Shown piece by piece: positions 34,677 through 41,534 of a DNA stretch of 48,818 nt (position 1 is its first letter; every line of letters starts with the position of its first letter). Position numbers and translations under genes: made by a program. The notes under the pieces were generated by a model. That model did not search any database. It was not told where the DNA came from and was given only the letters and a program-made list of their open reading frames with translations. The stretch is from Clostridia bacterium (GTDB taxonomy: Bacteria; Bacillota; Clostridia; Oscillospirales; CAG-272), in the NCBI GenBank assembly GCA_900770145.1, contig CAAGJL010000030.1, positions 1-48,818 on the forward strand, in the 5' to 3' direction.

Positions 34677-34974
34677 TGTCCTTTCTCCTCTCTCCGCGAC
34701 TGCAAAACTCGTCCGGTTCGCAAAAACCGAGCACTCCGCAATGCCCATTTGCAGAATAAAACTTGCACTCCTTACACCGCACGACTTCCGCCAGATTCTC
34801 CATTCCGCAAAACATCCGAATAGCTCTTTCCAGCTCTTGCTTGTTGATTTGGCTTTCTACGGTTTGGGCATACGGCATAAGCGATTCAAGAATAAATTCG
34901 TCCTGCGTCTCGCGTATTTCCACGCCTATGTTCGTGACATGCCTACCGATAGCATCATCAAAATTTATTTTCAC
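34660..34974 (-). CDS. hypothetical protein
   Basis: 104 aa. GTG 34974 preceded by AGGAGG with a 7-nt spacer. C-terminal CKECKF...HCGVLGFC cysteine cluster. Confidence 0.5.
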   Translation of the reverse strand: MKINFDDAIGRHVTNIGVEIRETQDEFILESLMPYAQTVESQINKQELERAIRMFCGMENLAEVVRCKECKFYSANGHCGVLGFCEPDEFCSRGERRKDNAEIH

Positions 34975-35236
34975 CGTCCGCCCTCCTGTTCCATGCTTCG
35001 ACTGCTTCCTCTCTCGTGTCGTAGATATACACGCCGCCAACGATAGCACCGTCCTCGGCGTATCTTGCAATCGGGCAATCTTCGTTTTCTTCGTGCGAAT
35101 GTCTGATTTGATACCCTAAACCACTCCACGGGTCATTTTCGTAATCATCACCGTGGATATTTCCCTCATCATCACAGCAGATAATTGTCGCTTTCCCTCC
35201 ACAAAACGGGCAGGGCTTCAATTCTTCACGATTCAT
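34958..35236 (-). CDS. Lar-family (restriction alleviation-like) zinc-ribbon protein
   Basis: 92 aa from ATG 35236 (AAGGAG RBS). LKPCPFCGGKA near the N-terminus and EEAVEAWNRR near the C-terminus match the Lar family pattern as I recall it. Confidence 0.55.
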   Translation of the reverse strand: MNREELKPCPFCGGKATIICCDDEGNIHGDDYENDPWSGLGYQIRHSHEENEDCPIARYAEDGAIVGGVYIYDTREEAVEAWNRRADGENKF

Positions 35237-35450
35237 CTTCAGGCTCCTTTTCGTAAAAACTGTATTCAACCCACAATTTTCCGGTTTTGTCGTTTTTCGC
35301 ACAGCCTGTGATTGTGCAATCACCGTTGATTAGCATTTTCAGCAACTCAGCAACAAGAAACTTTCCAAACGGCTGATTCTTTTCGGATTCCCGTTGCTTA
35401 ATAAAATTTAGAAGGTCTTTTTGCAGTGTAGCATCAATCTCGGTTAACAT
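35226..35450 (-). CDS. hypothetical protein
   Basis: 74 aa. ATG overlaps the upstream stop (ATGTTAA). AT-rich. Confidence 0.55.
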   Translation of the reverse strand: MLTEIDATLQKDLLNFIKQRESEKNQPFGKFLVAELLKMLINGDCTITGCAKNDKTGKLWVEYSFYEKEPEDES

Positions 35451-35758
35451 TCTTTTCTCCTTTTAACAAGTTCTTTTTCAGCTTCTTCTCTCGTTAGAAA
35501 TACGGTTTTTCCAACATCATCAATATTAAAGTTAAGACCATAAACAGTCATAATTGTTTTCACATCTATAATCTTTGTTTTCAGCACTTTCAATTCCGGC
35601 TTACGCATTTGATTAAAACTCGGCTCAAAGCAATATACATTATCCCCCAGCTTGCACGGCAAATGTACCCACTCGGATTTATCTGCAAAATCAGCACAGA
35701 GCTTGCCAATCTGTCCATAATTGCACATTTTATAGTGCAAACAATCTTTACAAGTCAT
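35444..35758 (-). CDS. hypothetical Cys-containing protein
   Basis: 104 aa with GGGAGG RBS. N-terminal CKDCLHYKMC. AT-rich. Confidence 0.6.
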   Translation of the reverse strand: MTCKDCLHYKMCNYGQIGKLCADFADKSEWVHLPCKLGDNVYCFEPSFNQMRKPELKVLKTKIIDVKTIMTVYGLNFNIDDVGKTVFLTREEAEKELVKRRKEC

Positions 35759-35762
35759 TGTT

Positions 35763-36125
35763 TTATACCTCCCTCACCCTGATCCCGTTTACCCACAGCA
35801 TCAGCTTTCTTTTGATGATGTACTCCTTTGTCCTCACGCCCTTTGCGTCCTCCACCACGGTGTTTCCGTCTTTGTCCCGGTACACAAAGTCGGCATTGTA
35901 GTCCACGCCGCGCTCAATCAGTTTGCCGGGTTTTACGCCGCCCCGCGCGCCCACCGTGTCCGGCTCCCGCTGGGGCGGAATCAGATTGTACGGCACCTGC
36001 CTCCGGAGGTCTGAAATCTCTCCGGCGCGCGCCAAGAGGCACAACTCGCACCAGCGTCTCGCCTCCTTGCTGGAGTCATACACTTCATCGCCCAACTTCA
36101 CCTTCAGGTTGTGATATTTGGTCAT
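35763..36125 (-). CDS. DUF1064-type phage protein
   Basis: 120 aa from ATG 36125. KLGDEVYDSSKEARRWCEL...YNADFVYRDKDGNTVVEDAKGVRTKEYIIKRKL matches the DUF1064 pattern from memory. Confidence 0.65.
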   Translation of the reverse strand: MTKYHNLKVKLGDEVYDSSKEARRWCELCLLARAGEISDLRRQVPYNLIPPQREPDTVGARGGVKPGKLIERGVDYNADFVYRDKDGNTVVEDAKGVRTKEYIIKRKLMLWVNGIRVREV

Positions 36126-36349
36126 ACCATCCCTCCGTTCTTTTCGTACAGCATTCTGGCAACCAGGCACTCTTTGTAGTGCGCTTTGCAATAATTTTCC
36201 TCATAGTGCTTTTTCCTCCGTTCGTCCTTGAAGGAAACCTGAAGGGACGACCCGGGGCACACCCCTTCGCAGAAGATCCGCCATCTGTCATTGCTGGCGT
36301 AAAACGGACATTTGCAGTTATAGTCAACCGTTCGTTGTTTCTTCATCAT
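36122..36349 (-). CDS. small Cys-rich hypothetical protein
   Basis: 75 aa from ATG 36349 with AGGAGG RBS. CKCPFY...FCEGVCPG...YCKAHYKEC. Confidence 0.55.
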   Translation of the reverse strand: MMKKQRTVDYNCKCPFYASNDRWRIFCEGVCPGSSLQVSFKDERRKKHYEENYCKAHYKECLVARMLYEKNGGMV

Positions 36350-36746
36350 CCATTCCTCCTGCGGGTAAACTCCGCGTTTCTTCGCCACCGGCAAGCGCGG
36401 GCAGGGTCGGCTCCGGCTCCCGGCCGCATACATCCAGAATCCGCGCAATCCGCCGGCGCTGTCCGTCCGTCAGATTTCCGTAAGTGTTTGCCGCTTTCAG
36501 CTCAAAGGTCGCCTCCCAGTACATGTCTTTCAGCTTGCCCTTGACCTCGCTGACCGCAGGCGGAAAGGGGCTGGTGGCAATCAGCTTGTTTACGGCAACC
36601 AGGATTACATCGACCGGGGTTTGCGCAAACTGCGTTGCCCATACCGAGATTACGCCGTTTGCCTCCTGCCTGGTCATCCCCTTGTAGGAAGCCGGATACG
36701 CCGCCTTGAGCAGCGCCAGCACCTGCACCGTCTCTTGCCTTGTCAT
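36324..36746 (-). CDS. replicative helicase loader-like protein (G40P-loader type)
   Basis: 140 aa. ATGA overlap with the replisome organizer stop. LLKAAYPASYKGMTRQEANGVISVWATQFA pattern and position. Confidence 0.55.
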   Translation of the reverse strand: MTRQETVQVLALLKAAYPASYKGMTRQEANGVISVWATQFAQTPVDVILVAVNKLIATSPFPPAVSEVKGKLKDMYWEATFELKAANTYGNLTDGQRRRIARILDVCGREPEPTLPALAGGEETRSLPAGGMDDEETTNG

Positions 36747-37489
36747 ACCAGTCCCTCCTCTTTGGCGATGGAGAGAAAAACATTCTCCCCCTGCGTGCCC
36801 TTTGCCGCGGCGGCGGTCTTGTCGTTCCTTGCCCAGTTGCGGATGGTGGCAAGATGGTTTTTGTATACTTTCCCGGTAGAGGCAATGTAAGATGACAGCC
36901 GCTCGATCCGGCTTTCATAGTCTGCGGGGAATTCTGCCCGCAGTTTGTCCATGTCCTCGTCTGACAGGAGCACGTTCCGGTACTCCCCGTATTTGTGGAC
37001 GACCCCCTCCGGTTTCGGGTCGCCTTTGCGCGGGGGCGTATTTTCCCTTTCGGATTCGGATTCGGATTCGGATTTGTATTCTGATTCGGATTCGGATTCG
37101 GATTGGATTACGGAGACATTTGCATGCATTTGCCTGCAAATGCTTTCAGATGATTTCATACCGTCAGCGGGTGACGGAAACCTGCTCTTTTTGGCGCGGA
37201 TGCTCTGGTGCCTCTCCCAAGTGCGAATTTGCAGGAACGGACGACCATCTACTTCGTATAGATCGACAATGCCTACCGACCGCAAGGATTGGAGCGCGGA
37301 CACAACTTGCTTATCCGTCACACTTTTGAGCGGGAACAGACGGGACCTGAGAATGGCAGGTCGCGCGTCCATCCGCCCGTAATCGTCACAGTTGACAATC
37401 AACCGATAAAAGAAAACCTCTTCAAACCACGAAAGCGCATCTACCGTTTCACTGCCGCAAACAGATTCTTTGATAATCCTGTTCGGCAT
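36743..37489 (-). CDS. phage replisome organizer / replication initiator (DnaD-like C-terminus)
   Basis: 248 aa. N-terminal ALSWFEEVFFYRLIVNCDDYGRMDARPAILRSRLFP matches replisome-organizer N-domains as I recall. Central SESESESEYKSESESESE linker. C-terminal YKNHLATIRNWARND. Confidence 0.7.
   Translation of the reverse strand: MPNRIIKESVCGSETVDALSWFEEVFFYRLIVNCDDYGRMDARPAILRSRLFPLKSVTDKQVVSALQSLRSVGIVDLYEVDGRPFLQIRTWERHQSIRAKKSRFPSPADGMKSSESICRQMHANVSVIQSESESESEYKSESESESERENTPPRKGDPKPEGVVHKYGEYRNVLLSDEDMDKLRAEFPADYESRIERLSSYIASTGKVYKNHLATIRNWARNDKTAAAAKGTQGENVFLSIAKEEGLV
37052..37105. repeat. hexanucleotide microsatellite (GGATTC)n inside the replisome organizer gene
   Basis: Nine 6-nt units, six of them perfect GGATTC. 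They encode the (SE)n linker on the - strand. Unit length preserves the reading frame. Confidence 0.9.
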
Positions 37490-37666
37490 TCAATCACCGA
37501 TCCTTTCTTTTGTCACGGCAATCGGAAATTCTTCGATTTCCGAAGCCCACAGGCAAGAACCCTTGCCGTTCAGTTGCTCCCACAGGAGCGGAAAGCCGCC
37601 GATGATGCAGTCCACAGCGGGGGCGGTATTCCCGCTTATCTTGGTGATGTCTCCGAGGTGCCGCAT
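37490..37666 (-). CDS. 58-aa ORF with cytosine-C5 methyltransferase-like motifs (probable remnant)
   Basis: Not in the supplied track (shorter than 60 aa). ATG 37666 preceded by GAGGAGG. The TGA stop abuts the ATG of the next gene. Translation: MRHLGDITKISGNTAPAVDCIIGGFPLLWEQLNGKGSCLWASEIEEFPIAVTKERIGD. Confidence 0.45.
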   Translation of the reverse strand: MRHLGDITKISGNTAPAVDCIIGGFPLLWEQLNGKGSCLWASEIEEFPIAVTKERIGD

Positions 37667-37821
37667 ACGCCCTCCTCAAACTCCAACACCGTCTCCCGCG
37701 TCTTGCCGCCGGGTTTCAGATCGGAAGCCAGCCTCACCGCGTACCCTGCTTTGACCAGCAGGGTGGCAAGGGTGAGGTAGTCATCGTTGGTGAGTTTTCC
37801 ACGCAATGCTCTGATTTTCAT
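37636..37821 (-). CDS. hypothetical protein
   Basis: 61 aa, directly after ssb. Overlaps the following small ORF by 31 nt. Confidence 0.45.
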   Translation of the reverse strand: MKIRALRGKLTNDDYLTLATLLVKAGYAVRLASDLKPGGKTRETVLEFEEGVCGTSETSPR

Positions 37822-37833
37822 CTCTGCACCTCC

Positions 37834-38292
37834 TTAAAACGGCAGGTCTTCCTCCCCGCTGACGGGGGAGAAGTCCGCGGGGCGCAGTTGCATCTGCTTG
37901 CCCTCTGTGGGCGGAATTTCGCGTTTTGCCGCACTTTCCGTGCGGGTGGCACTTGCGGTCGCGCTTTCCCTTTTCTCGCCGCAGAACGAAACCTCGGCGG
38001 CTACCACCTCGGTTGCATACCGGGTGGCTCCCTGTGCGTCCTTCCAGGTGCGGGTCTGAAGCTCTCCGCACACCAGCATCGGGCTTCCCTTGGTGAAATA
38101 GTTCCGCACAAACTCTGCGGTTTTGCCAAAGGCAACGACGTTCGGAAAGTCGGTCTTCCGCTCCTCCTCTTTCCCGGAAAACCGCCTGTCCACCGCAAGC
38201 GTAAAAGCGGTGACGGACATGCCGTTTTGCGTCTGCTTCAGCTCCGGAACGGACACCAGCCGCCCCATCAGAATCACTTTATTGAATGCCAT
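37834..38292 (-). CDS. ssb: single-stranded DNA-binding protein
   Basis: 152 aa from ATG 38292 (GGAGGA RBS). OB-fold pattern NKVILMGRLVSVPELKQTQNG...FTLAVDR and acidic C-terminal tip EEDLPF. Confidence 0.9.
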   Translation of the reverse strand: MAFNKVILMGRLVSVPELKQTQNGMSVTAFTLAVDRRFSGKEEERKTDFPNVVAFGKTAEFVRNYFTKGSPMLVCGELQTRTWKDAQGATRYATEVVAAEVSFCGEKRESATASATRTESAAKREIPPTEGKQMQLRPADFSPVSGEEDLPF

Positions 38293-38518
38293 GTGTGCTT
38301 TCCTCCTCTGCCATGGAATATCGGGCAAATCTCGTTTTTTCGCCCAGCCTGTTGGTACCGGTGATATATTCCGTTCGGATGCGGTACCCCATCCGTTTCA
38401 GGTCGTTGATGCGGCTGGCAAGCCGCATACATCCGATGTCGGCAACCGCCTGAAGCGGCGTGATGCTGCCAAACTGCCGGATATACGCCACAATGCGCTC
38501 GTTTTGCGTTGCTTTCAT
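38279..38518 (-). CDS. small winged-helix/HTH DNA-binding protein
   Basis: 79 aa from ATG 38518 (GGAGGA RBS, ATGA overlap). NERIVAYIRQFGSITPLQAVADIGCMRLASRINDLKRMGY. Confidence 0.6.
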   Translation of the reverse strand: MKATQNERIVAYIRQFGSITPLQAVADIGCMRLASRINDLKRMGYRIRTEYITGTNRLGEKTRFARYSMAEEESTHGIQ

Positions 38519-39075
38519 TTCGTATCCTCCGTTTCTTTTTCTCCCCAAAGGGATAACAGGTTTGCAATCTCGTCCGGCGTGCGGGTTTCCACGCCAACAG
38601 CGCGGCAGTCCTGCACGATGTGGTCAATCAGGCGGGACATCTGCGCGCGGTCATAGGTAGAGGAGCCGTAGTACAAGATGACATTGGTGCACCCCGCGAT
38701 CCTGCTGGGGAAAACCTCCGTCTGCCAGCCAAGCCCGTTTTTCTCCCACCCGTCACAGACCCGCGCCACCGCGTCGTTTTGCACGCATACCACCTCGGAA
38801 GCGCCGCCGATACCCCGCACGGCGTTCCGGTAAACTTCCTCTTTCGTCAGCCCCAGCTTTTCCGCCAGTCTGTCCGCCAGCACAAAGAAATAAGCGTTGG
38901 CGTCAAGGTTTCTTTTTTCCCGGTAGGGCTTGATTTCCACGGAAAGTTTTTCTTTCCCGGAAAACTCGTCCGCAAGAATCTCAAAGTCGCTTTGCTCGTT
39001 GACCTCCAGCAAAAGCCTTGGCTTGCCCGTTTTGTAATCGACGGTCGTATCGATAATTTTTCCCGTTACACGCAT
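38515..39075 (-). CDS. NinB/Orf-like recombination mediator
   Basis: 186 aa from ATG 39075. KRNLDANAYFFVLADRLA and YGSSTYDRAQMSRLIDHIVQDCRAVGVE parallel the lambda NinB segments RSLDQNRKLWACLGDVS and GQSTSRMRVGEFAELLELIQAFG as I recall them. Confidence 0.55.
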   Translation of the reverse strand: MRVTGKIIDTTVDYKTGKPRLLLEVNEQSDFEILADEFSGKEKLSVEIKPYREKRNLDANAYFFVLADRLAEKLGLTKEEVYRNAVRGIGGASEVVCVQNDAVARVCDGWEKNGLGWQTEVFPSRIAGCTNVILYYGSSTYDRAQMSRLIDHIVQDCRAVGVETRTPDEIANLLSLWGEKETEDTK

Positions 39076-39620
39076 GGAAATCTCCCCTCCATCAGGCACC
39101 CGGCAAGATAGGTGAGCCTCGGCAGGTACACCCCGCGCACCCATTCCCCGTCATAGGTGACCGGGTGCGTGCTTCTTCTCGCCGGGTCTATCGGATTGAA
39201 AAAGTTGTCGTAATCCTTTTCGGTCAGCCCGTAGGAAACGATGTTCGCTTTCCGGAAGCCGGTGGCAAACATCTGCACCTGCACCTGCCAAAGGTATTTT
39301 TTCGGCATCCGGAAGCCCTTCTCAAAGCCGTATGTCTTGCACTCAAAAATCGTGTCGTCGGTGTTTCCGTCCAGGTTTACGCGCAGTCTCAGATCCTCTA
39401 TGAGAAACTGCCTGTCCGTTTCCATCGGGATACCGAGCGACTCCAGAATCCGGTGTTCGTAATGCGTCCCTGCGGCGGTGTACCGGTTTTCAAAGTGATC
39501 CCGGTTCAGCCCCAGTTTCTGCATCCACCATTTTTCAAAGGTCGCCGTGTTCCGGTTGCCGAGGATAAACGCCGTGTCGGAAGCGCCGAACCACCCGCTC
39601 CTGTCCTTGTCCGCAATCAT
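39066..39620 (-). CDS. YqaJ/lambda-Exo-type recombination exonuclease (PD-(D/E)XK)
   Basis: 184 aa. GWFGASDTAFILG N-terminus and DGNTDDTIFECKT catalytic-type D...ExK motif. Adjacent to the annealase gene. Confidence 0.75.
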   Translation of the reverse strand: MIADKDRSGWFGASDTAFILGNRNTATFEKWWMQKLGLNRDHFENRYTAAGTHYEHRILESLGIPMETDRQFLIEDLRLRVNLDGNTDDTIFECKTYGFEKGFRMPKKYLWQVQVQMFATGFRKANIVSYGLTEKDYDNFFNPIDPARRSTHPVTYDGEWVRGVYLPRLTYLAGCLMEGRFPCV

Positions 39621-40240
39621 ACCGACAGCATCTTCTTTTCAAAGCGGTCCAGTTGGTCGAAAAAGGTGAACAGCATCTTGACCTCGTCCTCGGTCATTCC
39701 GCACTTCTCCGCGATCTCCCGGGTGGTCAGGTGCTTATCCCGGAGAAGCCGCGTGTACTCCTGCATAAACCGCTCCTTCACAGCAAACAGATTGTGCCGC
39801 CCGAGGTCTTCTTCCTCCGGTGCGTCGCTCTCTTCCTTTGCCCAGAGTGAAAACCCAAGCCCGTACCGGAATGCCACCGCTTTGACAAACGCCCGCGTCA
39901 TCGCCTTAAAAACCGTATTCTGATTGAGCGAGTTGTCCTTCACCGGGTTGATGCCGTTGAGCAAAGGATAACTGTACAGAAACCGGTCGTCGTCCACCGT
40001 GACCTCAATGCGCACCTCATAGCAGCGGTTGGTGTTCCCCTTGCTGTCGGTAAACGTCTGATCCGACATAAACAGGGAACTGCCGTTCTCCCCGTACACC
40101 GGGGTGAAGAACACCCGCTCCGCTCCGTTGTCGTGCAACAGATCCACCACCGTAGCCCATGGCAGGTAGTCCGCCCCGTCCCGCTGCTTGACATAAGGCG
40201 AAACATCCAGTCGCCGCAACTCAGAATAAGATTTCAGCAT
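39617..40240 (-). CDS. Rad52/Sak-like single-strand annealing protein (DUF1071 type)
   Basis: 207 aa. GADYLPWATVVDLL and VAFRYGLGFSLWAKEE resemble Sak/DUF1071 annealases. Paired with the exonuclease (ATGA overlap). Confidence 0.65.
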   Translation of the reverse strand: MLKSYSELRRLDVSPYVKQRDGADYLPWATVVDLLHDNGAERVFFTPVYGENGSSLFMSDQTFTDSKGNTNRCYEVRIEVTVDDDRFLYSYPLLNGINPVKDNSLNQNTVFKAMTRAFVKAVAFRYGLGFSLWAKEESDAPEEEDLGRHNLFAVKERFMQEYTRLLRDKHLTTREIAEKCGMTEDEVKMLFTFFDQLDRFEKKMLSV

Positions 40241-40437
40241 TTTTCCTCCTCGCTTTCCACTACCCAGAAATCATACCGGCGGTAGTCCTCCTCCGAATAT
40301 TGCATGAGTTTTGCAACGTCCTCAAACTTCATCTCGTTCACGCAATGCACGGTCGCGGTTTTACGGTCCAGCACCCACACGGCACGGCTCCGCACTTCCT
40401 CGATCAGCTCACTGCGATACAACTCCCGATATTTCAT
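40234..40437 (-). CDS. hypothetical early protein
   Basis: 67 aa with GGGAGG RBS. Confidence 0.55.
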   Translation of the reverse strand: MKYRELYRSELIEEVRSRAVWVLDRKTATVHCVNEMKFEDVAKLMQYSEEDYRRYDFWVVESEEEKC

Positions 40438-40521
40438 TTTTTCGTCCTCCCGTTTCGCTTATTTTGATTTTTGTTTCAATTAACAGACTTTTTATTTCAC
40501 TTACCGATTTTTTATTTCTGT

Positions 40522-40731
40522 TTAGTTATCTTCTTCCGCGTCCTCCGGGTCGTCCGTCTCTTCCAGGTTGTCACTCCCGCAACACGGGCAAACAGGTACC
40601 GCCGCCGGCACCCATACGTCTCTCCCCCAGTACTCCTCATAGGTTCCGTCATCGCGGATGTCCGCCTCGTCGTCGCGAAATACTTCCCCGCACCTGCAAC
40701 AACGGTAAAATGTGCTGCAGAATTCCATCAT
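40522..40731 (-). CDS. small zinc-ribbon protein with acidic tail
   Basis: 69 aa with AAGGAGG RBS. CRCGEVF...CPCCGS. Confidence 0.6.
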   Translation of the reverse strand: MMEFCSTFYRCCRCGEVFRDDEADIRDDGTYEEYWGRDVWVPAAVPVCPCCGSDNLEETDDPEDAEEDN

Positions 40732-40743
40732 CTTCCGCCTCCT

Positions 40744-41004
40744 TCACTCGTCTGGGCAGCAGACTTGCCGCCGCGTGCGTTCCTTTTCGGCAGCAGCGCC
40801 GCAAAAAAGGAAGAACAACATCCTTGCCTCAAAGCACCATTCGCCGACCCGCATCCCTCCGATACCGGGGAAAAGGTGTCTTTTTTCAGCGTGGGCAAGA
40901 AACGCCGCCCGCTGTTTCTCCAACCAGTCAAAATAGTCAGTTGTCAGTTTCTTCCTGCCAGTCGCAAGTTTCCACGCTTCCGGCGGCAACAGATAATTTT
41001 CCAT
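40744..41004 (-). CDS. hypothetical early protein
   Basis: 86 aa from ATG 41004 (AAAGGAAGGA upstream). Overlaps the 3' end of 40937-41140 in another frame, so one of the two extents may be wrong. Confidence 0.4.
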   Translation of the reverse strand: MENYLLPPEAWKLATGRKKLTTDYFDWLEKQRAAFLAHAEKRHLFPGIGGMRVGEWCFEARMLFFLFCGAAAEKERTRRQVCCPDE

Positions 41005-41140
41005 CCGGTTTGTCCTTCCTTTCATATTTGACAATCAGTTCAATCCCCCGCGCGTCATAGATGCGCACCAGCGCCGCAATCCATTTGTCGATGTCCAGCG
41101 TGTCGCGCCACGTCCTTGCGGATTCGTTCGCAGAATGCAT
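40937..41140 (-). CDS. small early protein, paralog of 42990-43211
   Basis: 67 aa with AAGGAG RBS. IDKWIAALVRIYDARGIELIVKYERKD aligns with IEKLLAALVRIFAARGIELCVRYERKD in the other copy. Confidence 0.6.
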   Translation of the reverse strand: MHSANESARTWRDTLDIDKWIAALVRIYDARGIELIVKYERKDKPDGKLSVAAGSVETCDWQEETDN

Positions 41141-41162
41141 ATCCTACTCCTTTTGTAGATTT

Positions 41163-41378
41163 TTATTCTACAAAGTTAGCAAAAAAAATGGTTTGCACTT
41201 CTCCGTCGTCGAGAGCAAGCGCCTTGCTGATAGACTGGACTTCACTGACCAAAAACTCTTTTTTGTTGTGGATCTTATTAAAAAGAGCGGTAGGGGAAAG
41301 CCCAATTTCGCCTGCAAGAGATTTGATGGTAAATTTTCTTTCCCTCATCTTCCCCTGCAATTTGCCGGTGTTTGTCAT
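41163..41378 (-). CDS. Cro-like HTH regulator (first gene of the early lytic operon)
   Basis: 71 aa from ATG 41378 (GGAGG RBS). HTH KSLAGEIGLSPTALFNKIHNKK. Divergent from the repressor gene. Confidence 0.75.
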   Translation of the reverse strand: MTNTGKLQGKMRERKFTIKSLAGEIGLSPTALFNKIHNKKEFLVSEVQSISKALALDDGEVQTIFFANFVE

Positions 41379-41403
41379 ACCCGTTCCTCCTTTGTTGAAT
41401 TTG

Positions 41404-41438
41404 ATTCTACACCGAGTATAGCACGGGTTTTGTAGAAT
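41404..41438. promoter_or_regulatory. operator inverted repeat ATTCTACA(19 nt)TGTAGAAT bracketing the P-cro -10
   Basis: Half-sites at 41404-41411 and 41431-41438. A third palindrome of the same half-site, TTGTAGA(7 nt)TCTACAA, lies at 41153-41173. Confidence 0.55.
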
Positions 41439-41443
41439 GTCAA
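41415..41443 (-). promoter_or_regulatory. early lytic promoter (P-cro)
   Basis: The - strand reads TTGACA (41443-41438), a 17-nt spacer, then TATACT (41420-41415). Followed by GGAGG and ATG 41378. Confidence 0.7.
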
Positions 41444-41483
41444 GACATTTTTTCAAAAAACTTTGACTTTTTTTCAAAAAATG

Positions 41484-41512
41484 TTGATTTTCATTCCCCA
41501 ATATGATATGAT
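41484..41512 (+). promoter_or_regulatory. repressor maintenance promoter (P-cI)
   Basis: TTGATT (41484-41489), a 17-nt spacer, then TATGAT (41507-41512), followed by GGAGG and ATG 41535. Preceded by a tandem 20-nt repeat TTTTTTCAAAAAAYKTTGAY at 41448-41488. Confidence 0.55.
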
Positions 41513-41534
41513 GTAGGTACACGGAGGTGCTACT

